From Tubiluchus corallicola (taxonomy: Eukaryota > Animalia > Priapulida), in the NCBI GenBank assembly GCA_030141605.1, contig JAQGDQ010001626.1:1-32066 (forward strand): a stretch of 32,066 nt of DNA, written 5' to 3'. Below are positions 1 through 12,329 of the stretch, in pieces (position 1 is the first letter of the stretch; each line of letters begins with the position of its first letter). Both the position numbers and the translations under genes were made by a program. Under the pieces are notes generated by a model. That model saw only the letters and a list, made by a program, of their open reading frames with translations. It did not search any database and was not told where the DNA came from.

Positions 1-400
<400 letters not shown>

Positions 401-509
401 GGTGTAGTTCTCAGACAAAGCTGAATCTTTCACCCCCTTCTCGTCATGAATAAACCATGAACACTTGAGTAAGATATAATTTTCTTTTGCAGTTAAAAAC
501 GAGGAATCG

Positions 510-536
510 ATGGACGGTGATAGATTACTGAGCTAA
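510..536 (+). promoter_or_regulatory. short upstream ORF (MDGDRLLS*) in the 5' leader of the Shaw channel
   Basis: ATG 510 to TAA 534-536 lies downstream of a splice acceptor (ttttcttttgcag, AG 491-492) and ends 13 nt before the main ATG at 550, in a different frame. Confidence 0.55.
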
Positions 537-549
537 CCTCGGACGCACA

Positions 550-1056
550 ATGGACGCCGAGAACCGTGTCATCCTCAACGTGGGTGGAATCCGACACGAA
601 ACGTACAAAGCAACGCTGAAAAAGATCCCAGCCACAAGATTATCCCGGCTAACAGAAGCCTTGGCTAACTATGACCCGGTACTCAACGAGTACTTCTTCG
701 ACCGACACCCGGGGGTGTTCGCACAGGTGCTCAATTATTACCGCACGGGGAAGCTGCATTACCCCACAGACGTGTGCGGGCCCCTCTTCGAAGAGGAGCT
801 CGAATTCTGGGGGTTGGACGCTAATCAGGTGGAACCCTGCTGTTGGATGACGTATACTCAGCATCGTGACACGCAGCAGACACTCGCCGTACTGGACAGG
901 CTTGATCTGGACACAGAGAAGCCCAGTGATGAGGATGTTGCACGAAAATTCGGCATGGAGGAGGAGTATTTCTCTGGTAACATCTCGTGCTGGAAACGGT
1001 TTCAGCCTAAAATATGGGCACTTTTTGATGAGCCGTACTCTTCCAAAGCTGCAAAG
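550..1056 (+). CDS. Shaw: Shaw/Kv3 potassium channel, first coding exon (T1/BTB tetramerisation domain)
   Basis: [19 protein letters not shown]...[10 protein letters not shown]...[19 protein letters not shown]...VEPCCW is the Kv3/Shaw T1 domain with the HX5C...CC Zn site. An in-frame TGA at 529-531 supports ATG550 as the start. Donor AAG|gtacaa at 1056/1057, phase 0. Confidence 0.96.
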
Positions 1057-1087
1057 GTACAATGATATATAAAAGTCATATTTATCA

Positions 1088-1175
1088 CTTATATCTATAT
1101 CTATATCTATCTATCTATATATATATATATATATATATATACTATATTATATATATATATATTATAGTATATATA
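1088..1175. repeat. (TATC)n/(TA)n microsatellite
   Basis: Directly visible. Confidence 0.9.
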
Positions 1176-2386
1176 CCCTTCCTGTGTGATCTAACCTTTC
1201 TCCCAGTTCTTTCTTTTCTTTGTTCACTCATCCATTCTTTTTTTATCGGGTTCACATGACAGTGGGCTTATACAAGCCTTTGCTTCTCTAGCCCACTGCA
1301 GTACAATTATTCTTTTATGATAACAATAGTGTATGAAACATAACAATTTAATACAGTAGATGTAATAATTTTGATGTCATTATGTGCTTAATGTCATTAT
1401 ATTGTACTGAATGTGATAATAATAATAAATAAAAATAAAATAAAATAAAATAAATATATATATATATATATATATATACGGATGAACTCTTGAAAGCACA
1501 CGTCACAACTGAACGCCTCTGAACTGAAATATGTATATACTTGTCATATTTATCACTCACAAGCTAGATGGTTTACATGAGATAGCAAAACTCTTAGAAA
1601 AAACTTTGGAAAAAATCTGTATAAAAATTCTAACGCATGGGATAATGCCTTAATGCTTAGTGTTTTTTATCATTCAAACATACCGTTTGTGGAAAAATTC
1701 TCTGGCTTTTCCATTTCTTTCATTGGGAGAACGTTCCATTTGCTAACTCTAATTTTCTTTCGGGCAAGAAGTGCTAAGATTTACGCGCATCTAACGGTTT
1801 GGCAATGGAAAACGCGCGCAGATGGCATTTTGATGAAAAGTGTCATTTCAGATAAAAATATCTTTCTCGTTTTTATTATCATTGCGTTTTCACCGTCAAA
1901 TGCCTCCATTAACCGGAAACACCAAATCTCAGCGTGCAGTTTCAATTTCGTAGTTGGACTGTGACGCAGTCTGGCTGACAAATCTACTACTTTCATTGAT
2001 TCCTTGGCGCGTAATACGATTATGGCTAAGATATGTCTCTTGCTTCTTCAAAAGCCAGATATTTTTAAAACAAAACCGGACCCAATCTTAAACTGAAGGT
2101 CAAAACAATCTGCTCTTTAAAATATTGAAAAGAAACATACTGTGTTTTTTTCAAAAATGACTTACGTAAAAGAATTATTACCACATCTGACGTATAAAGT
2201 AAATTAAATTATCAATCTCTTGTTTGCTGGTTTAACAGATTTTGAAACTTTTTATTAAACTCACTAAATAATCGGTATGTTTATTAAATTAGTAACAGTT
2301 TTGATCGACACATTAATTATGTAAACAGTTAAATTTAAAGATTTATGTATATTGGTGATAATTGAATTTAGCTTATGCGTCAATAA

Positions 2387-3023
2387 TTAAAGCAAAAACG
2401 GATCCAATCTTAAACTGTAGAACAAAAAACAATCTACTCTTAAAAATATTGAAAGGGAACCCACTATTTTTTCAAAAATGGCTTCCGTGAAAGAAAAATT
2501 ACTACAGAAACGTAATTTCAAGTTCTTGTCACTAGTTCTTTGCTGTTACATGCATTTCGTCATTTGCTAGTTAGATGGGCACTAGCGCCTGCATCTCAGA
2601 AACGCATTGTTGTACCTGTCAGTTCAGAGGCGTTCAGTTGTGACGTGTGCATTCAAGAGTTCATGCATGATCACAGCGGTAAACTTGGAATTTAAATTTT
2701 AAACTTAATGTTTGTAATGTTTTTGTATATTACACTAAATTCTGTAACGCGTCCAACACGCTCGTGGAACGTTTGTGCTGTTAAACATTATGTTCAGTTG
2801 TGATGTCATTACTAGTTGAACTTGTCCGCCATTAATTAACTTTTAACCTATTATTTAATTATCCGAAACGCCTTGGCATTATTACAGGTGTTAACGTACG
2901 TACATGTATACATTTTACTTACTGCAAAAACATGTATACATTTTACTTACTGCAAAAATATGTATACTTTTTACTTACTGCAAAATGGGGTAGGGTATGA
3001 AAAACCATTCTGTTTTCCTTTAA
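2387..3023 (+). mobile_element. non-autonomous TTAA-flanked DNA transposon (MITE family A, Kolobok/T2-like termini), copy 1
   Basis: TTAA-AGCAAAAAC...GTTTTCCT-TTAA termini. Internal sequence is shared with 5104-5680 and, in reverse, 15532-16044. A partial 5' end also occurs at ~2065-2185 and an inverted internal fragment at ~1481-1527. Confidence 0.75.
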
Positions 3024-3458
3024 ACCTAACAATCTTATTGTGGTGGGATTGCGGCTAGGCACAAATCACCGTGACTAGTCTTTGTGCTTATATGCTACTA
3101 ACGATATCAGGTTCAGTTGATGTGGTGTTTGTTGTTATGGCGCCATATTTTACAACACGTTTGGCTATTTTTGGCTTTCATCAATTATTTAGTAGGCAAA
3201 ATATAGGGTATACGCGAGTAGCAGAACATTTTTTCTTGAGAATTAATTACAGATGCTTTTCTTCTGAGTCAGTATGATAAGTAGCATTTCAGAAAAATTC
3301 CTCCCGTGGTTTGGGGAAGATTTAGTCCTAGCTGAGCACCTGAAAATGTAGAAATTTGTGCAAGGCAAGGACGAGGGTATACAATGTTGCAGCCATGTAA
3401 GATTCGAGAGATGAGTGTGTCTGCGTTTTGCTGTGCACCGTTCTGATCACGCGGACAA

Positions 3459-4091
3459 TATAGGTTTTACACGTCAAATGTAGACACAGGAAAGGTCAAA
3501 TGTGACTTAGGTAAGTCAAATGTAGATGCGGTATTTTGAATAAATAGGTAATTAACTCATTTAAGTGCAAATTACAAAAAGATAAACCAAAGATAGTCAT
3601 CACCTCTTTCATAACTTTGAAAAATGTGTTGTTTATCCCTTCCCAATGAACAGTGAATCACTAATTAGTTTTTTAAGTAATGCATTAGCACTGCATTAAT
3701 GAATTAGTTTCTCTCAAGAAACATTGTTTATTTTAAGAATGTATTGTTTTCTCTAACAGTTCCAATGGTATGTAAAGTTTACAGAATATTAGTGAACTAT
3801 TAGTAGACCTATAAAGTTATTATTTTCACAGCAATTATTAAATTAAGATTAAAGGCGATTAAATTTAACATCCTTAAGCTTGACCACCTATCCACATTTG
3901 AGGTACCAATGTCATATTTGACTTGACACGTGTCTACATTTGACTTACCAAAAACGTTTAAGATTTCTTGAAAACCATTGTTAACACATTTGAACTACCT
4001 TAGTCTACATTTGAGTTACTAAGACACATTTGAATTACCTAAATCTACATTTGAGTTAACGCATGTCTACATTTGACATGTAAAACCTGTA
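3459..4091. mobile_element. MITE with long inverted repeats and TA flanks (Tc1/mariner-like)
   Basis: AGGTTTTACACGTCAAATGTAGACA at 3462 pairs with TGTCTACATTTGACATGTAAAACCT ending at 4088. Subterminal GTCAAATGT / ACATTTGA repeats; TA on both sides. Confidence 0.75.
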
Positions 4092-4422
4092 GAAAATTTC
4101 TTGAACGGTACTTCATGGCGCACTACCCTAAAAACTGGCCCGTCTGAGAAGAGCCCAAAAACTTGTAAAAAGTGCATACATGACGTATAGAAATTTGTAC
4201 AAAAGCATTCGAAAATTACAGTACAAGTTCTTTTCCTGCATCCAAATCGCCAGTAATAAAATTAATAGTAGTTTTTTGCACGAACTTGGGATTAACCCTT
4301 TTGAAACAGCTGTGTGAAATATTACCATTCTGCTCAGAAAGCTGACATTTTTTCATTGGCTGACAAATGACGCTATTTCATATCTGATTAATGGTTAATG
4401 TCTGGTCATATCAGTTGTTTAA

Positions 4423-5107
4423 TTAAAACACAAGAAAACCCTCCACTTACATCAACCTTAAAAAATTCGTAGGGAAATTTTATACCACTTACATACTGCC
4501 TTTTTACACACAGGACTTGCGTTGGCAGTAACGCTGTATAAAACATGTAAATTAAAACTCCCGCGATGACCGTTAGACGCAGCCATTTTGACGATAAGTC
4601 ATTTCAAACAAGTTTAGATACATTGAGTAAAGTTTGAAAAAATAATCAGAGCATTCGTAGCGCACACGTTGCTAACTAGGTAAAATTTTAATTACCGTAA
4701 AATGCGTTTTTAAAATACGTTTTTGGTTAGTGGGTGGTGCACCCTAAAGGGTGAGTCAGCGACATTTTACCAATTGGTGAAAGCATTTTAAATAATTAAT
4801 AATTTTCTTTTCAAGTTACATAAGTCTTTCAAGCAGGTAAGCGAAAAGCTAAGTAACATAATTTTGCATGGAAACTTTTTTGGACATAGTTTAACATTTC
4901 CATATCTTCGCCTTTCTTACGTTGTGCGTATATGACGTCATGTAATGGCGCGGTCGGTACAGTATCGCGGGAGATTTAAAATGAAAAGGAACAAAAAATC
5001 CTTTCAGCGCCAGTACGATATACGCATAAAATTGCTATAAAGTAATATAATTTTTTAAGTCGATTTTTCTGAAACCTACTTCAGGTACCCCTTTTCTTGT
5101 CCTTTAA
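4423..5107 (+). mobile_element. TTAA-flanked MITE family B, copy 1
   Basis: TTAA-AACACAAGAAAA...TTTTCTTGTCCT-TTAA termini; a colinear homologous copy lies at 13230-13909. Confidence 0.85.
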
Positions 5108-5680
5108 AGAAAAACCAGACCCCATCCTAAACTATAGCCCACACAAATAAAATATCAAAAAGGACAAAGTGGTTTTTTAAAAAATGACTAACGTGAAAGA
5201 ATTATTCTAGATGCTAGTTCTTCTCTTTTTAAATGCCATTTCGCCATTTGCTAGTTAAACGGGCACTAGTGCCTGCATCTCCGAAAAGTATTGCACACTA
5301 AAAAAACAACAGGCGCTGTGCCTTCAGTTCAAAGGTGTTCAGTTGTGACGTAGTGCACACGTTCGACAGCTCGGGCGTTAGAACAGCGATAAACTTGAAT
5401 ACTGAATTTTAAGCTTTAGATTTGCCAGGTTTTTGTATCAAACTGAATACTGTATTTCAATGTTTGCATTCACAGACATGTGCAACTGTGGAATGTTTAT
5501 GCTGTTGAAAATTGTGTTAGTTTGTGATGTCATCCTATTGGCATCCTATAGACTAATTGGATTCGATCTATTATTTAACTATCAGAAACGTTCTGCCATT
5601 ATTATAGGTCTTGAAATGTATGCTTTTTGTCCGTGCTTTAAATGGGGTAGGTTATGAAAAATCACCCAACTTTCCTTTAA
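5104..5680 (+). mobile_element. TTAA-flanked MITE family A, copy 2
   Basis: TTAA-AGAAAAACC...TTTCCT-TTAA; shares blocks such as GGGCACTAG.GCCTGCATCTC and TTCAGTTGTGACGT with 2387-3023. Confidence 0.8.
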
Positions 5681-6013
5681 CTAATCATGACCCAGATACT
5701 GGGTGTTTTTTGTCACTTTAGCTTCAGAGATAGCTTCAAATTACTGGCATTCAAAGCTGAAAAGTGATCAAGCCCTGTAAGTAATTAATTAAATAAGCTT
5801 GGAGCTTATTATCAAAATTTAATTTAACGTAGAGAATATCATTTAGTATCAAAGTGGAGACTTGATACACAAAAACAAGTGACGTAAAATTATCACTACG
5901 ATTATTGATTAAATGCACCTAAAATAAATATTTGTCAACATTTTTCATATTAATGAAATCTGGACATATCTTTCTGTCACATTAAAAAATTTTGTTCATC
6001 TTCAATATCTTCT

Positions 6014-6561
6014 TTAAAGGAAAACCGGATGATTGTGTAAACATTAGTTCAGAATAAAGAATGCTCTAAAATATTGAAAACTGCAATAGCTTTTTTAATC
6101 AAAGCTTAGATTAAATAATAATTACCTCGGATGCTCAAATTTCGTTAAACTTTCAAAGCTACGCGCGGCTCAGTGAATCTACTAAGATTGGCAGCAGCGC
6201 CTTTTTGTCACGTGCGTGTGGCCGATAAATGGAAGGCGGTACCGTGATAAGCATGATCATGAAGTGTTAATTTCTGACGTCATATGATGTAGAGCTCATT
6301 TTCGTGACATCACGCGTTTAAACAGTACTGTAACACTTATGCAAATGCGTTTGATGCGCAAGGTAAGACGCCTGCCGTTGCACAAACTGTGGTTAGTTTC
6401 TGACGTAAGCAATAGCTGTGTTCGGTTGCCGTTAATTAACTTTCTAAGCTAATTATTCAAATATGAGGAACAATTGCTAACTTTTATAGGCAAGAAAATG
6501 TATATTTTGGACAGTAATTTAAAATGATATGAGTCTAAACAATCGCCCGGTCTTCCTTTAA
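6014..6561 (+). mobile_element. TTAA-flanked MITE related to family A (diverged)
   Basis: TIR TTAAAGGAAAACCGG...CCGGTCTTCCTTTAA; weaker internal similarity (CTCTAAAATATTGAAAA, TTAATTAACTTT). Confidence 0.7.
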
Positions 6562-6645
6562 CAGGAATGTAATCATTTTCTAAAATGAATGAATACATTA
6601 AAGCGTGTAAAATTATTGATTTTTAAAACGTGGTTTATATTACAG

Positions 6646-7564
6646 GTGGTGGCTAGCATGTCTGTGTTATTCATTGTCGTTTCCATTTTGTCATTTTGCC
6701 TGAAGACGCATCCGCATCTGCGAGTTCCCGAAATCAGAAATCTGACCGTGGAGACGGGGAACGGAACGTCGTCCTGGACGTTAGACAAAACGCGAACGGA
6801 ACCTCACCGAGCGTTCTTTTATATCGAGTGTGCCTGCAACGCATGGTTTACCATTGAAATCATTGTGCGATTCACCGTCAGCCCGAATAAGTGGGAGTTC
6901 TGCAAAGCACCTGTTAATATTATAGATTTCGTTGCCACACTATCGTTTTATATAGACTTCTTGCTAAAATCATTAGAATTTCAAAATGCGGACATTTTGG
7001 AGTTCTTCAGCATAATACGGATTCTACGATTGTTTAAGTTGACCAGACATTCACCTGGACTGAAGATACTCATCCATACGTTCAAAGCCAGTGCTAAAGA
7101 ACTCACTCTACTGGTGTTCTTCTTGATATTGGGTATAGTGATATTTGCTAGTCTAATATACTATGCAGAGCGAATACAGGCCAATCCGGACAACGACTTC
7201 AACAGCATACCTGTGGGCCTCTGGTGGGCTATCGTCACGATGACCACAGTCGGATATGGTGACATGGCGCCAAGAACTTATGTGGGTATGTTTGTGGGTG
7301 CACTGTGTGCTCTAGCTGGTGTACTGACTATAGCCTTACCAGTGCCTGTAATCGTAAGTAACTTTGCCATGGTGTATTCCCACTCTCAAGCTCGCGCACG
7401 ATTGCCTAAGAAACGCAGACGGGTACTACCGGTAGAACAAGTACGTGCGAAGCCTCTTCCCGGAAGAGGTCCTGGTATGGGGCCCGGTGGAGGTCCCGTT
7501 AATCGGAGAATGAACGCTATTAAACATAACCATCCAATGATGAAAGATAACGTGAACAGGATAG
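6646..7564 (+). CDS. Shaw: Shaw/Kv3 channel exon encoding S1-S6, pore and proximal C-terminus (alternative donor at 7573)
   Basis: Acceptor tacag|GTG, phase 0, in frame with the previous exon. S4 [16 protein letters not shown], pore [10 protein letters not shown]6 [10 protein letters not shown], then [11 protein letters not shown]. Donors ATAG|gtaagc (7564) and CCAG|gtatgt (7573), both phase 1. Confidence 0.96.
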
Positions 7565-7884
7565 GTAAGCCAGGTATGTTTGTAAATTTGTTTTTTCCTT
7601 TCTAGCGTGGTGTCTCACTGTGATCATTTTACTCATCACAACTTAAAATTTGTTTTTTAACTAGATTAATAGAAACTTTACCTAGCAGAATTCCAGTAGT
7701 TAGTAGTATTGTAAAATTTAACAGCTTAACTACACCTAATTAAGAGTTCTTCTAAAACACTTGCAGTTCTTATACAGCATTTAATAAAAGTTGATAGGCT
7801 GTTTGGAACAACCAATGTTCTTTCAGACACTGACCTCAAAAGTTGATTGGACATTCTTTTGGCGCGTTCGGACGTAGAGACTTC

Positions 7885-9071
7885 TCTCACAAGTTGCGAG
7901 AGACCTTGCCAAGCCGTTCACGTGTGCGACTTTACTCTCAAAGAGAAATTGCGCAAAAAGCGGCGAGAGAAGTTGCCAAGCCATTCACGTGCGTGACTGT
8001 ACTCTCAGAGAGAAGTTGCGCAACAAGTTGTGAGAGAAGTTGCCAAGTCGTTCACGTGCGCGACTTTACTCTCAGAGAGAAGTTGCACAACAAGTTGCGA
8101 GTGAAGTTGCCAAGCCGTTCACGTGCGCGACTTTACTCTCAGAGAGAAGTTGCACAACAAGTTGCGAGTGAAGTTGCCAAGCCGTTCACGTGCGCGACCT
8201 TACTCTCAGAGAGAAGTTGCGAGAGAAGTTGCCAAGCCGTTCACGTGCGCGACTTTAAGTCAGAGAGAAGTTGCACAACAAGTTGCGAGAGAAGTTGGCA
8301 AGCCGTTCACATGCGCGACTTTACTCTCAAAGAGAAATTGCGCAACAAGTTGCGAGAGAAGTTGCCAAGCCATTTACGTGTGCGACTTTAAGTCAGAGAG
8401 AAGTTTCACAACAAGTTGCGAGAGAAGTTGCCAAGCCATTTACGTGTGCGACTTTAAGTCAGAGAGAAGTTTCACAACAAGTTGCGAGAGAAGTTGGCAA
8501 GCCATTTACGTGTGCGACTTTAAGTCAGAGAGAAGTTTCACAACAAGTTGCGAGAGAAGTTGGCAAGCCGTTCACGTGCGCGACTTTACTCTCAAAGAGA
8601 AATTGCGCAACAAGTTGCGAGAGAAGTTGCCAAGCCGTTCACGTGCGCAACTTTACTCTGAAAGAGAAATTGCGCAACAAGTTGCGAGAGAAGTTGCCAA
8701 GCCGTTCACGTGCGCGACTTTATACTCAGAGAGAAATTGCGCAACAAGTTGCGAGAGAAGTTGCCAAGCCGTTCACGTGCGCGACTTTACACTCAGAGAG
8801 AAATTGCGCAACAAGTTGCGAGAGACCTTGCCAAGCCGTTCACGTGTTCGAGTTTACACTCAGAGAGAAATTGCGCAACAAGTTGCGAGAGACCTTGCCA
8901 AGCCGTTCACGTGTTCGAGTTTACACTCAGAGAGAAATTGCGCAACAAGTTGCGAGAGACCTTGCCAAGCCGTTCACATGCGCGACTTTACTCTCAAAGA
9001 GAAATTGCGCAACAAGTTGCGAGAGAAGTTGCCAAGCCGTTCACGTGTTCGAGTTTACACTCAGAGAGAAG
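7885..9071. repeat. 67-bp intronic minisatellite, about 18 copies
   Basis: Unit GCCAAGCCGTTCACGTGCGCGACTTTACTCTCAAAGAGAAATTGCGCAACAAGTTGCGAGAGAAGTT; period 67 checked at 8629/8696; some 66-bp units and one shortened unit. Confidence 0.95.
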
Positions 9072-9219
9072 TCTCTATATCTGAACTCGCTATTTGTTCC
9101 AGCTTTCTGCAAACTTTTATAAAAAACCATTAGCTCTTATTCCTATTGCAATTGCACAGGTACCGGCCCGTCAACAAGTTGTGATACATATAGGCCTAAC
9201 TGTGTGCATTTTTTCTTAG

Positions 9220-9238
9220 ATGTTTTTGCTAGATCTGT
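9220..9238 (+). CDS. Shaw: candidate 19-nt Shaw microexon
   Basis: Branch-like CCTAAC (9195-9200), TGC, ttttttcttag acceptor and gtgagt donor at 9239; the frame is restored when combined with the 44-nt exon 13098-13141. Confidence 0.55.
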
Positions 9239-9671
9239 GTGAGTGGTTTGGATTACTAACTCTTGATTGCATGACACGACTGCTTCCCTTTATACGGGAT
9301 GGCTGTGTTCTCTTCTGTCCTCCCCTTTGCTAAATGCATTTCCCAATCATTGTATCACTGTTATACGTGGTGGTCAACTTTCATACTTCACTGAACTCCA
9401 CGCAATGACTCCATTCTCTCATGATCTGCTGGATGAAAAAACATCTTTTTAGTCGAATCTTTTAGAGATTCTACCAAAATTTTGGAGCTGGGAGGTTATG
9501 AACTTCGCATGACCGTTAGGTAATGCTTCTGCAGAGAATATGAAATCTGCCGGGCCGTTGAAGACTATGTCCTTGCATATCGTGTCTGATAAGTGGTGAT
9601 TGTTCTTCTGTAATCTACATGTTATGCATGGGCTGGATGATGAGTACTTGCTGCTGTGCTGCATTTGAAAT

Positions 9672-9745
9672 TGGTGCCTTGGTGCCTTGGTGTTCTTGGT
9701 GTTCTTGGTGCCTTGGTGTTCTTGGTGCCTTGGTGTTCTTGGTGT
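9672..9745. repeat. 9-bp tandem repeat (CTTGGTGYY)n
   Basis: Directly visible ccttggtg / ttcttggtg units. Confidence 0.85.
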
Positions 9746-10429
9746 TGTTGCTGTTGTCATTGAGACTAGTGAAGCTGTTGTGAAACGTTTCTTTGTCAAA
9801 TATCATAGTTGTGATTATTTGTCGATTCAAATCGTGTTATAGTTCTGTAGGTAATATACCCACCATGCCTTTTACAGGACTTGAGGCAATCCGGCACAAA
9901 TAAACACGATACATTTGCAAAAACTCCAATCTTAATTATCGAAAGATCCTTGGCGTGGTCTGCAAATCCAAGCAAAGAAGTAACGCTTTCTGATCCAGAA
10001 TTTGCATTATAGTTTCATAAAATTTGATATATGTCTGGGTGGCTGTATAGATTACAGAGATTGTGGTGCTGTAGTGTCTGTCATTCACGACACACACACA
10101 CACACATGCTGCTGGCTCGTGTGAAAGAATGTGGGGCGGGGGGAGTTTGGAAAAAAAGTTGCGAAAATATGAAGGAGATGACCGAAATTGATTACTTTAA
10201 TCAAGTAAGTCTATTAGAAAGCGTAACGTATGACGTCATTTTCTTCCAGGAAGATCTGTGAAGCATTCAGCAGACTCCGAACCTTAATTTCCTGTGTTAA
10301 CATTCGTCACTTGTCGACACATGTGCTCCAAAATATTTCATTTCTTCTGGCATCTCCGACCTTGTTCTACATTGACGGAAGCTACTGTACATGTCTTATT
10401 TAGCTCGGCTATTATGTCTGGAGGCCTCC

Positions 10430-10760
10430 TCATAAAAATCTTAAAAATAAAATTGCCATATATCATTTCAAATGAGCGGCTGCGTAACAGAACCAAAAAA
10501 GAACATTGGAGCACAAAAATCATAATCAGAAGACTAAGATGGGTAGGACATCTAATGAGATTGCCAGAAACAACACCAGTAAGATTAGCATTAAACGAGG
10601 CACTGAAAACTACTAAGCCACCTCCAGGGAAAACCAAATAACTTGGATATCAAGAATTAATAAAGATTTACAACAGCTGAGTCCAAACTTAACAATAGCG
10701 TCGCAGGAGTTGAAAATTTAAGCTGCAGATAGGAAACAGAGGATGCTCTAATGAAGGATA
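10430..10760 (+). mobile_element. LINE (non-LTR retrotransposon) 3' fragment, degraded
   Basis: Translation includes ISNERLRNRTK...RRLRWVGHLMRLPETTPVRLAL...PPGK, matching the RLRWxGHxxR region C-terminal to LINE reverse transcriptases; the frame is broken after 10641. Confidence 0.75.
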
Positions 10761-11897
10761 GAGGTTCTGTGTTTACAATGAATGCTTAGAACAACAGAAG
10801 AAAGATATTGCCTGGAGTATGTTGCAATGGTTTCCTTTTACTGTAGTTCATTATATACGGTTACGGATCTCGTTTATCGCTTCATTTTAATTCTGTAGAG
10901 ACAGAAAACATTCAAAAATTTGGGATAGTGTTATTATCCCGATTAAAGGATTACCTTTCTTGTCTCTAACGCAAAGCTTGTAAAGAGGTTGGTATTTCTA
11001 ATGAGCCTTTTCTTAGTTTCGTTGTGCGCATGCGCATTTGCTGTGGGTCAAAGTTTAAGTGTATCTCAGCAATGTGTCTTAACTACATCCGTCGCGTGAC
11101 ATGTGGGTAAAGCAAAGCCATTTACCATATCGGTTAAGTAACTTCTGTTGTTTAACGTAGACTTTTCTTAATTATGCATTACTTTAGTCTGATCGTAGAG
11201 TGATTTGCTAACAGGATCTTGCTTGCGAACCAAAAAAATGAACTAGGTAAGGTTCTAGCTAGCTGTTAAAATTGTTACTATTACAACAGCATGGGCGGCG
11301 CGGCGTTGTCAAGTATACACAAATGCGTTGTCTGGTACATTTAACCTTTGACCTTTTCACGATCACCATCAATCGCTGGAACTGTAAAAAGGCTTATTCC
11401 GCCAGTTGTGAATTCTTTTCGAGCGATTTTCTTTGCCAACAGGATTATGTAACACAACAATAATTTCTGCCTCTCCTTCGCATATCCTAAAATGGAACGC
11501 GTATATTTGCGCAATATTAATATTATTAATAGCGCTCTTGGGGGCAAATACTCGTGACCGGCTATTGATCAGTTGCCTTCCTTCAAATGTGAATTCAGGG
11601 CATTATATTAATCGTAGCTGTCCTGGTGATAAGATATTTAACTGTAGATATCGATCTTTCCGAGCAACTGTGCTGCCTGCTATAATGTCTGCTCTAGCTA
11701 GATATTTTATGGGCATTTCATAAAAAGACTGGATGGGGCGAGTGTTAGCTGATTCTGTTATTTTACTCACAGCTGGTGTTATTTCTCATCTCGTTGGAGA
11801 CTGTTTATCCAACCTAAAATAGGCGTACAGACTGTTTATTCCGCCTGCGTTATTGAAGATTGAAAAATAGATTGGTTAAGTTACGTCATCTAACTAT

Positions 11898-12245
11898 CTG
11901 TCTGTCTGTTTCTATTTGGCTATCTTTCTTTCTTTCTTTCTTTCTCTCTCTCTCTCTCTTTCTCTCCCCCTTTCTTCTCTTTACTCTCTTCTCTTTGCCT
12001 CTCTCTTTCTCCCCCTTTCTTCCCTTCACTCTCTTCAATTTTCCTCTCTCTTTCTCCCCCTTTCATCCCTTCACTCTCTTCTCTTTTCCTCTCTCTCTCC
12101 CCCTTCCCTTCACTCTCTTCTTTTTTCCTCTCTCTTTCTCTCCCCTTTCTTCTCTTCACTCCTCTCTTCTCTTCCTCTCTCACTCCTCTGTCTCGCTCTA
12201 TCTCTCCCCTTTCTTCTCTTCTGTGCAATCCCTTTTACTCTTCTG
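11898..12245. repeat. CT-rich low-complexity polypyrimidine tract
   Basis: Directly visible; explains ORFs 11860-12308. Confidence 0.92.
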
Positions 12246-12329
12246 ACACCACTGACCTTTGAAAAAACGTCACCACAAAGGGTGTCGTTTCATTGCTGTA
12301 AAACGTAACGAAACTGTGATTACAAATAC

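Noticed and set aside
649-1062. Antisense 137-aa ORF over the first Shaw exon (also 18619-18951)
   Set aside because: Shadow ORFs of real coding exons with no recognisable domain.
7885-9071. CRISPR-like appearance of this array (also 24168-24600, 25173-25293, 30204-30853)
   Set aside because: Head-to-tail units without unique spacers, no cas genes, eukaryotic intron context.
7843-9133. Four overlapping long ORFs (up to 336 aa)
   Set aside because: They arise from a stop-poor 67-bp tandem repeat; the same peptide appears in all three frames; mostly non-ATG starts; intronic.
9160-9238. Longer 79-nt version of the microexon using the acceptor ttgcacag at 9159
   Set aside because: It is frame-equivalent and open, so not impossible, but the branch point and pyrimidine tract fit the 9219 acceptor better; left uncalled.
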